Both the position numbers and the translations under genes were made by a program. A stretch of DNA of 64,000 nucleotides. It comes from an uncultured Acidimicrobiales bacterium (lineage in GTDB: Bacteria; Actinomycetota; Acidimicrobiia; Acidimicrobiales; UBA10347). Each line of letters begins with the position of its first letter. The stretch's first letter is position 1. A model generated the notes under the pieces. It saw only the letters and a list, made by a program, of their open reading frames with translations. It did not search any database and was not told the DNA's origin. The stretch lies in contig CALKPY010000028.1 in the NCBI GenBank assembly GCA_937991435.1, positions 15,924 through 79,923 on the forward strand. Reading direction: 5' to 3'. Positions 8,791-17,820 of the stretch are shown piece after piece.

Positions 8791-9401
8791 GAACCCGAAG
8801 TGTCAAACAAGCTCTTGGCGCCACCGTTGCGGTTGCTATCGCGGCGCTGATCGCCGTCGGGCTTGTCGCGTTGGCTCTCGTAGTACAAAGGACCAACACT
8901 GGCGCCGACCCAATGGCGTCGTTCACACAAGTTCCTGCTGTGCCAGACGATGTGCAAGCGCTAATCACGTGGCTCCCTGACGGGGAGCTCGCACGCCGGG
9001 TTGAACCAACGACCCGAGAAGCAGTAGGGGCCGCATGGGCTCGCGGGTGGCACCGGCTCGACGTTGCGCAGCGCACGCACGACTCTGCCGGAATTGAGAC
9101 CTGGTTTGTCGGCGCACTGCCAGAGCAGATCGCTGCTTCCGTCGGCGAGACCCAGGTGCGGTCGAGCGTGACGCAGTTTGGCCACACCATGCAGATCACC
9201 TTCTATTCGCTCGACGGATCCATCATCGGGCTGGAGTCGATGAGCGACATCGAACGCGCAGTCGAATCCGGACCGAGTCGTCGGTCGGTCGAACGGTTGC
9301 AAGCAGTACTGGTACTGTCAGACGGCAACTGGAGGGTGCGCCACCTCACTGCCCTTCCTACTTCGTCAACCGACAAGCCAACATTCTCGGAACCTACGTG
9401 A
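8787..9401 (+). CDS. Membrane-anchored hypothetical protein, NTF2/SnoaL-like extracytoplasmic domain (tentative)
   Basis: The start overlaps the upstream stop as ATGA. The TM helix is ATVAVAIAALIAVGLVALALVV. The C-terminus ...AVLVLSDGNWRVRHL resembles the NTF2-like segment in the tail of the 4229..7513 protein. Confidence 0.6.
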   Translation: MRTRSVKQALGATVAVAIAALIAVGLVALALVVQRTNTGADPMASFTQVPAVPDDVQALITWLPDGELARRVEPTTREAVGAAWARGWHRLDVAQRTHDSAGIETWFVGALPEQIAASVGETQVRSSVTQFGHTMQITFYSLDGSIIGLESMSDIERAVESGPSRRSVERLQAVLVLSDGNWRVRHLTALPTSSTDKPTFSEPT

Positions 9402-10972
9402 CCACGCCCGAATCTTCGTCGCTCAACATCGAAGCCTTTGCCTCGGTCAGTCACGAGCTGCGCGCACCGCTGCACGCCATCGTGGGATTGTCTGAGCTTC
9501 TTCTCGACCGAGAGCTCAGCGACGAAAACCGAGAGCTCGCCGAAGGAATCCATCGCGAGGGCGAAGCTCTGCGAATCATCATTGACGACCTGCTGGACCT
9601 GTCCAAAATCAACGCCGGACAGATGCGCCTCGTCGTTCAACCACTCGCACCTCGCGCTGTCGTCGACGAAGTGCTCTCGATGTTTCTGCCTCAGGCCCAA
9701 ACACGCGGGCTTGCGCTGCAAACAACCGTCGACGAACGAGTTCCACGGTCGGTTCGCGCCGACCGATTTCGGCTACGCCAAGTCGTCGTCAACCTTGTCT
9801 CCAACGCTGTCAAATACACCACCTCGGGTGGGGTGCAGATTCATGTTGACGCTCCCGAATCAGATCGCCTGACCTTCGAAGTCGCAGACACCGGACCGGG
9901 GATCCCCGACGGTGCACTACCCGGACTGTTCGACCCCTTTCAGCAGGCACGTGATCGAGACCGAACCCAAGGCACAGGTCTTGGGCTCTCGATTTGTCAA
10001 CGGTTAATCGACCTCATGGGCGGAACCTTGACTCTCGACACCTCGCCAGCTGGCACCACGTTTCGTATCGAGATACCTGTCGAACCAACCGCGACTACCC
10101 CTGTACAGAAACGAGACCTTCTCAGCAGCGGACCGCATGGGCGCGTTCTCGTAGTTGATGACACGCAGGTCAATCGACTCGTAGCCATTTCACAACTCGA
10201 GCGGCTCGGACACCACGCCACGGCCGTGTCGAGCGGACACGAGGCACTCCAGAAACTCGAAAACGAGCACTTCGACGTTGTGCTCATGGATTGGCATATG
10301 CCAGATCTCGACGGGCTCGATACCGCCCGTGAATATTTTGAACGAGCCCGCAGCCGAAAGGCCGAGCCCATCCCGTTGATCATGATGACAGCGAGCGTGT
10401 CAGCCGAGGCCCGCGAAACCTGCCTCAAGGCCGGCATGTCTGACTTCCTCCCGAAACCGGTCAACCTCGACAGCCTCGCGACCTGTCTCAGCCAATGGAT
10501 CACCGGGGTCCCGACCGAGCCAGCCGAGACCTCGACTGACATCGATGGGGTGTCGCAACCTGCGTCGGTCGACCGTTTGGTCATCGATCGCATGATCAGC
10601 GACCTCGGGTCCGATGCGCCAGTTATTGCGGTCATCGACGCCTTTATTGCTGACTCCGCAGTGCGACGATCAGATTTGACCCGAGGCGACAACACAGAAC
10701 TCGCCGCCCGTGCCGCCCATACGTTCAAGTCGACCGCCGCTCTTCTCGGAGCAACCGGCCTATCCGAAACCTGCGCCGAGATCGAATCTCACTACCGAAA
10801 CGGCGAGGCCGCAGCCGCGGCAGCCCCCGCGATCGTGAGCTTGTTCGAAGGTCAGCTCGATGCTGCCGTGACAGAACTGAGGCAGATTCGCGACGGGCTC
10901 GCTAACGCTTCGAGCAGCTCAGACGCTGACCAAGAACCATCAACGTCAGAGACAAACGAGGAAATTCTATGA
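9398..10972 (+). CDS. Cytoplasmic hybrid histidine kinase (DHp-CA-REC-HPt) with no recognisable input domain
   Basis: The start overlaps the upstream stop as GTGA. The H-box SHELRAPLHAIVGLSELL sits at residue ~18. CA motifs are NLVSNAVKYT, DTGPGIP and GTGLGLSI. The REC domain shows VLVVDD...DVVLMDWHMPDLDG...LPKPV. The HPt motif is AAHTFKSTAALLGA. There is no TM or PAS segment. Confidence 0.9.
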   Translation: MTTPESSSLNIEAFASVSHELRAPLHAIVGLSELLLDRELSDENRELAEGIHREGEALRIIIDDLLDLSKINAGQMRLVVQPLAPRAVVDEVLSMFLPQAQTRGLALQTTVDERVPRSVRADRFRLRQVVVNLVSNAVKYTTSGGVQIHVDAPESDRLTFEVADTGPGIPDGALPGLFDPFQQARDRDRTQGTGLGLSICQRLIDLMGGTLTLDTSPAGTTFRIEIPVEPTATTPVQKRDLLSSGPHGRVLVVDDTQVNRLVAISQLERLGHHATAVSSGHEALQKLENEHFDVVLMDWHMPDLDGLDTAREYFERARSRKAEPIPLIMMTASVSAEARETCLKAGMSDFLPKPVNLDSLATCLSQWITGVPTEPAETSTDIDGVSQPASVDRLVIDRMISDLGSDAPVIAVIDAFIADSAVRRSDLTRGDNTELAARAAHTFKSTAALLGATGLSETCAEIESHYRNGEAAAAAAPAIVSLFEGQLDAAVTELRQIRDGLANASSSSDADQEPSTSETNEEIL

Positions 10973-11502
10973 AGGGCATCATTTTCAACGCTGTCGAGTC
11001 GGCAGTCACCGATCTGTACTCGGCTGACACTTGGGACGACCTTCTCGACGCGGCTGGCCTCGATGGCGACTACACATCGATTGGCACCTACGACGACGAA
11101 GAGTTGCTCAAGCTTGTCGGCGTCGCGGTAGAAGCGACCGGCGAAGACCCAGCAACCCTGATTCGGACCCTCGGGACCAAAGCGTTTACGCACCTTGCGA
11201 CACGCCACCCAGAGTTCGTCGAAGGGGTTTCCGATACACGCTCGTTCTTACGAACGGTCGACGAAATCATTCATCCTGAGGTCATGAAGCTTCATCCCGA
11301 CTCGACTCCGCCGCGGTTCCGCTATGAAGACCTCGAAGACGGCACGCTGCGAATGACCTATGAATCCAAGCGCAAACTCGGTCTACTTGCCGAAGGCCTA
11401 ATCTTGGGTGCCGGCGACTGGTTCGGAGAAAAGGTCTCGATCGCCACCGTCTCGGGCTCGGGCGAAGAAGTCACCGTGTATGACTTGTCGTTCGAGCCGT
11501 AG
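10969..11502 (+). CDS. H-NOX (haem nitric oxide/oxygen binding, HNOB) domain protein
   Basis: The start overlaps the upstream stop as ATGA, and GAGGA lies 7 nt upstream. The N-terminus is MKGIIFNAVESAV. The proximal-His region is VDEIIHPEVMKLHPDSTPPRF. The haem-propionate motif Y-x-S-x-R appears as MTYESKRKL. At 177 aa it is the typical stand-alone H-NOX size. Confidence 0.85.
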   Translation: MKGIIFNAVESAVTDLYSADTWDDLLDAAGLDGDYTSIGTYDDEELLKLVGVAVEATGEDPATLIRTLGTKAFTHLATRHPEFVEGVSDTRSFLRTVDEIIHPEVMKLHPDSTPPRFRYEDLEDGTLRMTYESKRKLGLLAEGLILGAGDWFGEKVSIATVSGSGEEVTVYDLSFEP

Positions 11503-11507
11503 TCGAC

Positions 11508-12419
11508 GTGACCAAACGTGACGACGGCGATGATGCCGATCAGCGTCTAGAGCGCTTAGAGCGTCGTCTCAAACGGGCTCAGAGCGCTCGGCTCGAAGCC
11601 GAGACTATTGCCGACCGACGCATGCGCGAGCTCTACCTCAGCAACCTGGAACTCGACGAACGCGTCGCGGCCAGAACAAGGGACCTTGAGCTGGCGGTAG
11701 CCGAGCTCGAATCCACCTCGTCGGCCGCCGCAGGGTTCCTTGCGAACCTGAGCCACGAAATGCGCACGCCGCTCAATGGCATTATCGGCATGCTCGAGTT
11801 GCTGCCCAGCCATGTCAACGGCGAGCAAGGCCGTCAATACCTCGACACTGCGCTCGAATCGAGTCGCACTCTCAACGCCCTCGTCTCGCGACTTATCAGC
11901 GCCGCTGAGGTCGGAACCACGAGCGCCCACGACCGATCACCGTGGCCACTTGGCGTCATCGCGGAGTCGATCGACGATTCGTGGAGGTTGCCGTGCCTGT
12001 CCAAAGGACAGCTTCTCACTATTCGGGTGGTCGGCTCTGACGGCACGACTGTCAACGTTCCTTCGGTACTGCTGCTGCAGACGGTTCGGGAATTGATGAG
12101 CAACGTCGTCACGCACGCAGATGCCGGTGTCGTGACGATCGACATACGACTTGAACCGCCGACCGACACAGAACCAGCACCGATGCTGCACCTAACGATC
12201 ACTGATCCGGGACCAGGCTTTGACGTCACGCACGAGGCCGACCTACTCGAATCTGTGGCGCGCGCCGACACCACATCGACACGTGCAGGTGGCGGGCTCG
12301 GCTTGGGGCTCTATCTCGCTCACGACAGCGTGCGGCGGTCCGGGGGTCGAATGGAGATCGTGAGCGGTACAGGACAACCAACCGCGATTGATATACGAAT
12401 CCCAGCCACAAACAGCTGA
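11508..12419 (+). CDS. Cytoplasmic histidine kinase (coiled coil-DHp-CA), candidate H-NOX-associated kinase
   Basis: The GTG start lies 5 nt after the H-NOX stop. The N-terminus is a charged coiled coil (LERLERRLKRAQSARLEAE...). The H-box is SHEMRTPLNGIIGMLELL, and CA motifs are DPGPGF and GGGLGLGLYL. There is no TM or sensor domain. Confidence 0.88.
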   Translation: MTKRDDGDDADQRLERLERRLKRAQSARLEAETIADRRMRELYLSNLELDERVAARTRDLELAVAELESTSSAAAGFLANLSHEMRTPLNGIIGMLELLPSHVNGEQGRQYLDTALESSRTLNALVSRLISAAEVGTTSAHDRSPWPLGVIAESIDDSWRLPCLSKGQLLTIRVVGSDGTTVNVPSVLLLQTVRELMSNVVTHADAGVVTIDIRLEPPTDTEPAPMLHLTITDPGPGFDVTHEADLLESVARADTTSTRAGGGLGLGLYLAHDSVRRSGGRMEIVSGTGQPTAIDIRIPATNS

Positions 12420-12479
12420 TCGACCCTCAAAATTGGGGGCAATGTATCAACTTGTGCTGTTAGCTGCCGAAAGTAACAA

Positions 12480-13694
12480 GTGTCCGTACCGAACCAACTG
12501 CCCCGTCGAGTCGGCCTGATTACCGCATTCCCGCCCGGTCGAAACAGTCTCAACGAATTTGGCTTCCACCTCGTGAGCCATATGGCCGAGAACCCGCAAC
12601 TCGACCGCGTGGTTGTGTTTGCCGATGAGACCGACGCCGGTCCCCCGCAGCCGATTCCCGGCACCGAGGCTGTCGTCTGCTGGAAGTTCAACGATCTAAC
12701 GAATCCACTTCGTCTGATTCGAGCAGTACGACGATCCAAGGTCGACGCGGTTCTCGTCAACCTGCAATTCGCAACCTTTGGCGACAGCAAGGTCGCCGGC
12801 GGTCTGGGACTTCTGGCTCCCGCCCTACTCAAGCGAATGGGCATTCCCACCGGGGTGATCTTGCACAATCTGGTCGACAACGTCGATATGCAAGATGCCG
12901 GATTCGCATCGAGCAAGTTGATGGCCAAGATCATGAACACCGCCGGTGAAATGCTGACCCGCACGATTCTGCAAGCCGACTACGTCGCCCTCACGATTCC
13001 TCGCTACGTCGAGTTACTCCGGGACAAGTACGGCGCTACTAACGCACTGCTGACGCCCCACGGGAGCTTTGAGGAGATCGACGAACCGTCATTCGGTGTT
13101 CCTGCCGACGGCCCACGTCGCATTTTGGCATTTGGCAAATTCGGCACCTATAAGACCGTCGACATTCTCGTCGAGGCCTACCGCCTGCTCATCGAACGGG
13201 GCTACCACGACCTTGAACTCGTGATTGCCGGGACCGACAGCCCGAACTCACCCGGCTATCTCGCCAATGTCGCGAGCGGTTGCGCCGACCTCGAATCTGT
13301 CACGTTCACCGGATACGTCGAAGAAGCGGACGTAGCGGGGCTGTTCGAGACTTCGGCAATCACCGCGTTTCCGTATACGAGCACGACTGGGTCTTCAGGC
13401 GTCTTGCACCAAGCCGGTTCGTATGGCCGCGCTGCTGTGCTTCCTCAGATCGGCGACTTCGTTGAGGTCATCGAAGAAGAAGGCTTTGTGGGCGTCTACT
13501 TTGAGCCGGGAAGCGCCAAAGGGTTGGCTGACGCGCTGGCCGCGGCGCTCGATGACCCCGAAATGATTGCGGAACACGGTCGACGCAACTATCTGGCCTC
13601 GACGGGTATCCCCATGAGTGAAGTCATCGACTGGCACCTGCTGCATCTTGGCGAAGCGATGAGTTCTCAAGTTCGCACGACCGCGACCCCATGA
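12480..13694 (+). CDS. Glycosyltransferase, GT4-type (GT-B fold)
   Basis: The 404-aa ORF has a GTG start. The C-terminal half carries the typical GT4 pattern (TSTTGSSGVLHQAGSYGRAAVLPQIGDFVEVIEEEG). Confidence 0.8.
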   Translation: MSVPNQLPRRVGLITAFPPGRNSLNEFGFHLVSHMAENPQLDRVVVFADETDAGPPQPIPGTEAVVCWKFNDLTNPLRLIRAVRRSKVDAVLVNLQFATFGDSKVAGGLGLLAPALLKRMGIPTGVILHNLVDNVDMQDAGFASSKLMAKIMNTAGEMLTRTILQADYVALTIPRYVELLRDKYGATNALLTPHGSFEEIDEPSFGVPADGPRRILAFGKFGTYKTVDILVEAYRLLIERGYHDLELVIAGTDSPNSPGYLANVASGCADLESVTFTGYVEEADVAGLFETSAITAFPYTSTTGSSGVLHQAGSYGRAAVLPQIGDFVEVIEEEGFVGVYFEPGSAKGLADALAAALDDPEMIAEHGRRNYLASTGIPMSEVIDWHLLHLGEAMSSQVRTTATP

Positions 13695-15028
13695 CGGTGA
13701 ACACCCGCGACGACGGAACGGAAACCGCTCCCGGGTCAGCGGCGCCAACGACAGACGCCACTGGATCACGGGCGTTGATGGCCGGCGGGTCGGTGCTGGC
13801 ACTGGCAATGTTTGCGGCCAACGGCGGCAATTACCTGCTCAACGTCGTGCTCGGACGATGGCTTGAACCAGCAGAGTTCGCCGATGCGAATCTGATGGTC
13901 ACCCTCATGCTGCTCGTCACTGCAATCGCGGTCAGCCTGCAGCTGATTGGCGCCAAGTTCACCGGGCAATATGAAATCAGCGGCACCGACGATCAGACCC
14001 GTGCCCTCGCTCGGGGCCTTAGCCGACTGGCGATCGGCTCAGGCGTTGTCCTCGCCGCGCTCTTGGCTGTAGGCGCCCCCGTTTGGCAGAACCTGTTCAA
14101 CACCGAATCATCGTGGCCGTTTGTGATCCTTGGCATCGGCATGCCCGCGTATCTTCTTCAGGCCGTCGGGCGAGGCGTGTTACAAGGGCAACTCGCCTTT
14201 TCGAAACTGGCGTCGACGTTCATCTCCGAAATGGTCGTGCGAGTCGTTCTGGGAGTGGCTCTCGTCGCGATGGGTTATGGCGTGATCGGCGCTACAGCAG
14301 CGCTCACTGCGTCGTTCGTTGCTACCTGGTTAGCCGTGCGTCGAGCTCTCGGCTGGAAGAAATCAACCGTGCAAGCTGATGTTCCCGCGGCGGTCCGTTC
14401 GTACGCAGGTCCCGTCGGCGTGCTGCTGCTCGGGCAAATCATCATCAACAACGGTGATGTACTCATCTCGAAGAACGGACTCGACCCAGAGACGGCTGGC
14501 ATCTACGCCGCAGTGGCTCTCGTCGGCCGAGCGGTGTTCTTCCTCAGCTGGTCAGTAGCGACGACCTTGTTTCCCGCAGCCGCTCAACGCAACGAAGCTG
14601 GCGAAGACTCCAGTGGCCTGCTGCATGCAGGCCTGGGTGTTGTCGCAGTACTCGGTGTCGTCGCAGTGCTCGCCGCTCACTTTCTCGGTGGAACGGTTCT
14701 GGGTCGAGTCTTTGGACCCGAGTACGCCGGCGTTTCGGGGCACCTGAGCCGATACGCACTCGCAACTGCGGTCTTTGCCATGGCAAACCTCGTCGTGTCG
14801 CATCACCTTGCACTTGGTCGGCTGCGTGAAGCGCTGATCATGGTGGCCGGAGCGGTCGTTCAGACCGTGCTACTTCTCACCGCCGCCCAGACAATCGAAG
14901 CTCTTATCGAAGCGCAGGTGTATGCCATGGCCATCTTGTTCATCGCTGTTGCTGCGAGCCACGCTGATCGGCTACGCGCTGGCCACCCGAAATTCACCGA
15001 CCCCACGAACTCGAGAATGACATCGTGA
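13691..15028 (+). CDS. Polysaccharide/oligosaccharide flippase (MOP superfamily, Wzx-like)
   Basis: The start overlaps the upstream stop as ATGA. The 445-aa protein is very hydrophobic with many TM helices. The N-terminal pattern ...GNYLLNVVLGRWLEPAEFADANLMV is typical of polysaccharide biosynthesis flippases. Confidence 0.75.
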   Translation: MTVNTRDDGTETAPGSAAPTTDATGSRALMAGGSVLALAMFAANGGNYLLNVVLGRWLEPAEFADANLMVTLMLLVTAIAVSLQLIGAKFTGQYEISGTDDQTRALARGLSRLAIGSGVVLAALLAVGAPVWQNLFNTESSWPFVILGIGMPAYLLQAVGRGVLQGQLAFSKLASTFISEMVVRVVLGVALVAMGYGVIGATAALTASFVATWLAVRRALGWKKSTVQADVPAAVRSYAGPVGVLLLGQIIINNGDVLISKNGLDPETAGIYAAVALVGRAVFFLSWSVATTLFPAAAQRNEAGEDSSGLLHAGLGVVAVLGVVAVLAAHFLGGTVLGRVFGPEYAGVSGHLSRYALATAVFAMANLVVSHHLALGRLREALIMVAGAVVQTVLLLTAAQTIEALIEAQVYAMAILFIAVAASHADRLRAGHPKFTDPTNSRMTS

Positions 15029-15810
15029 CCGCACCCACGTCTTCATCGACCTATCGCTCATGGGCAGACACGCCGAACACCGGTCCAATTGCTTGGTCGG
15101 TCGTGATACCGACATACAACGAATCAGAGCGTGTCGTTCCGACCATTGGAGCCATTGCCGCACATCTAAGTTCGCTCGGCTCCCCATGGGAACTCATCGT
15201 CGCTGACGACGGTTCAACCGACGACACTGTCGAAGTGCTCAACGCACTTGGGCTTGCGAACTTGCAGGTACTGGTCGCCGAACAAAATGGCGGCAAAGGA
15301 AGCGCAGTCCGCCGTGGCGTGCTGGCAGCGCAAGGCGATGTAATCCTCTTCGCCGACGCAGACCAAAGCACCCCGATCGAACAATTCGCATCGCTGCTGT
15401 CGTGCATTGAAGGTGGCGCCGACGTGGCCATTGGTTCGCGAGCAGCTGCAGGCGCACACGTGTCCAACAAGTCGATGGCGCGCAAGGTGTTTAGCAAAGG
15501 CCTGAATCTGCTGGTGCGATTCGGGTTCGGCGTGCATCACGCCGATACGCAATGCGGCTTCAAGATGTTCACCACCACGGCTGGGCGTCAGCTGTTCCAG
15601 AGGCAGCTGATCGACCAGTTCTCCTTCGATCTCGAAATCTTGTACCTGGCGAAGAAATTCGGCATGCGGGTCGACGAAGTTCCTGTTGAATGGATCGATG
15701 CACCCGGATCGACTGTCGACCCAGCAAAGGTCGCAGTCGAATTCTTGAAAGACATGGCAGTCATTCGCTGGAACGACCTGCGTGGCCGCTATCGCCGCGA
15801 CAATCGATGA
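15025..15810 (+). CDS. GT2 glycosyltransferase, polyprenyl-phosphate sugar synthase-like (DPM/DPG synthase family)
   Basis: The start overlaps the upstream stop as GTGA. Motifs are WSVVIPTYNESERV, ADDGSTDDT, GKGSAVRRG and FADADQSTP (DxD). Confidence 0.85.
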   Translation: MTAPTSSSTYRSWADTPNTGPIAWSVVIPTYNESERVVPTIGAIAAHLSSLGSPWELIVADDGSTDDTVEVLNALGLANLQVLVAEQNGGKGSAVRRGVLAAQGDVILFADADQSTPIEQFASLLSCIEGGADVAIGSRAAAGAHVSNKSMARKVFSKGLNLLVRFGFGVHHADTQCGFKMFTTTAGRQLFQRQLIDQFSFDLEILYLAKKFGMRVDEVPVEWIDAPGSTVDPAKVAVEFLKDMAVIRWNDLRGRYRRDNR

Positions 15811-15901
15811 GGCGCACCGAAGCACAGCCGCCACCGCTCCTGCATTTGCCAAAACAGCCCACAACAAACGTGATCAGGAAAGAATCTGGCAGGATCCAAC
15901 A

Positions 15902-16219
15902 ATGAATATCGAGACTCAGCACCATGACAACGACAGCGCTGGCCTTGTGCTGTCTGGGCGCTTCGATGCCTTCGAGACCGATGCCTTTCGCGCAACGATT
16001 GACCCGCTGTTGGCGAGCGAGTCGACGGCCAAGGTGAGGGTGACAATGGCCGACGTCAACTTCATTGACTCATCGGGGCTCGCTGAACTGGTGAGGTCAA
16101 TGAAGCGGGCACGCGAGGCCGGCGGCGATATCGAGCTGCATAACCCGTCAGACCCGGTGCGCGTCATTCTCGAGCTGACTCGGCTCGACCTGGCCTTTAC
16201 CATCACATCTGCCGAGTGA
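15902..16219 (+). CDS. STAS-domain anti-sigma-factor antagonist-like protein
   Basis: ORF 15782..16219 is trimmed to the ATG at 15902, with AGGA upstream. It carries the motif NFIDSSGLAELV, including the conserved phosphorylatable Ser context (DSSG). Confidence 0.8.
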   Translation: MNIETQHHDNDSAGLVLSGRFDAFETDAFRATIDPLLASESTAKVRVTMADVNFIDSSGLAELVRSMKRAREAGGDIELHNPSDPVRVILELTRLDLAFTITSAE

Positions 16220-17820
16220 CGACGGCCGATCCACCGTTCGATGCCCTGACGTCGGTCACCGGCGCGTTGGTCGACGCGAACGATCGGCTGCTTGAGCTCA
16301 TCACGCTTACCGGCACCGCCTCTACGTCACTTGACGAGGGCGAATTGCTCGACACTCTCATCGAACCCACGATCGCGCTCTTACATCTCGACGGTTGCCG
16401 ATTGTCGGCCAAGATCGAGCGAACCTGGGGCACCCCGCCGACCGTCGACCTTGAGTCGACCGCCCATCAATGGAAGTCAAACCGCAACGTCGCCGACGAA
16501 TCGATCGAAATGGTCGTTTGGCGCACAGCTGACCCATTTGGCACCGCCGACGCCAAGCTGCTCGAAGCGATTGCCAACCTTGCAGGCAACGCCATCGGCA
16601 TGGCTCGCATGCACGCCGAGGGGTTAGCCCAGGCTGCCATCGGCCAAGAACATGCCGCTGCCGCGAAATTGGCATCGGCAGCGCTTCCCGATCCTCTGAT
16701 TCCTCCGACCGTCCCCCACGCCACGATTTGGGCCGCCGCTCGACCGGCACGCACCACCGGCGGCGACCTGTTCGTCTGGGCTGAACTCGACAACCAGTTG
16801 TGGTTTGCGGTCGGCGATGTTTCGGGCAAGGGACTTCCGGCCGCAGTTCTGATGACGGTGTGCACAACATCGATTGAGACCGCTATTCAACGTCACGGTG
16901 AGCAGGGGCCTGTCGCAGTCCTCGACTCGGTGACCCGGTCAACGCACCGACGTTTGTCAGATGCGGGCATGTTCCTCACGATCGCTCTCGGGCGTTTCTG
17001 CCCAACGACACGCACCGTAGAGATGGCCAACCACGGGCATAGTCCGATCGTATTTCGACAAGCGCACGAGGTCCGAAGAATCTCGGCCACCGCTCCCCCA
17101 ATTGGTGTGCTTGTCGACGCCCGCGCTGAGCTTGAAAGCTTTGTGGTGCAACCCCACGACCTTCTCGTCATCGCCACCGACGGACTCACCGAACAAATAG
17201 ATGCAGCCGGGAACTTGTTTGGGGAATCGCATTTCGACGCGCTCGTCGCATCGTTGGAACTCAGTGACGCAGATCATGTCGGGACATCGATACTCGCCAC
17301 CGTCGACACTCATCGAGGCACGACAGCTCAGTCTGACGACCAGACCCTGATGGTGATCGGCTTCCATTGTGAACGAACACGGCCCCTTTTGATTGATGCG
17401 ACGAACCAAGGCGTACGAGCACTTGGTCCGTGGCTTTCTGAACACCTCGCAATCCTCGCCAACGGTCGATTCGAATCCCGTCTCGGCGAAATCGAATTGG
17501 CGGTGCACGAGATTGCGATGAACATCGTCGATCATGCGTTGGCCGATGCTCCAAGCTCTAGGTTCGCGTTAACACTGACCGTTGACGACGACGAGCTCGT
17601 GGCCGAATTTCGCGACCGGGGATCTGCGTTTGGGGTTGCGCCGTCGCGCCCCGACCCGGAACACCCGCAGGTCGGCGGCTACGGACTCATGATTGTTGAG
17701 CAGCTTGCGTCTCGCATCGAGCGCAGCCGTATCGACGATCTCAACATTTCTCGACTGTGGTTTTCGAGCCAAGGCTCTATTCCCGCCGCTTCAGGCCGAA
17801 AGGAAGCACATGACGCTTGA
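16216..17820 (+). CDS. GAF-like / PP2C (SpoIIE) phosphatase / RsbW-type serine kinase (GHKL) fusion protein
   Basis: The start overlaps the upstream stop as GTGA. The PP2C core shows GGDLFVW...WFAVGDVSGKGLPAAVLM...IATDGLTE...SDDQTLMVIGF. The C-terminal kinase shows HEIAMNIVDHA, FRDRGSAFG and GGYGLMIVEQL. Confidence 0.85.
   Translation: MTTADPPFDALTSVTGALVDANDRLLELITLTGTASTSLDEGELLDTLIEPTIALLHLDGCRLSAKIERTWGTPPTVDLESTAHQWKSNRNVADESIEMVVWRTADPFGTADAKLLEAIANLAGNAIGMARMHAEGLAQAAIGQEHAAAAKLASAALPDPLIPPTVPHATIWAAARPARTTGGDLFVWAELDNQLWFAVGDVSGKGLPAAVLMTVCTTSIETAIQRHGEQGPVAVLDSVTRSTHRRLSDAGMFLTIALGRFCPTTRTVEMANHGHSPIVFRQAHEVRRISATAPPIGVLVDARAELESFVVQPHDLLVIATDGLTEQIDAAGNLFGESHFDALVASLELSDADHVGTSILATVDTHRGTTAQSDDQTLMVIGFHCERTRPLLIDATNQGVRALGPWLSEHLAILANGRFESRLGEIELAVHEIAMNIVDHALADAPSSRFALTLTVDDDELVAEFRDRGSAFGVAPSRPDPEHPQVGGYGLMIVEQLASRIERSRIDDLNISRLWFSSQGSIPAASGRKEAHDA

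Noticed and set aside
9997-12964. Minus-strand ORFs 9997..10728 (243 aa), 11834..12274 (146 aa) and 12320..12964 (214 aa)
   Set aside because: They are antisense to the hybrid kinase, the second kinase and the GT4 gene respectively. They have no motifs and show the typical high-GC antisense pattern.
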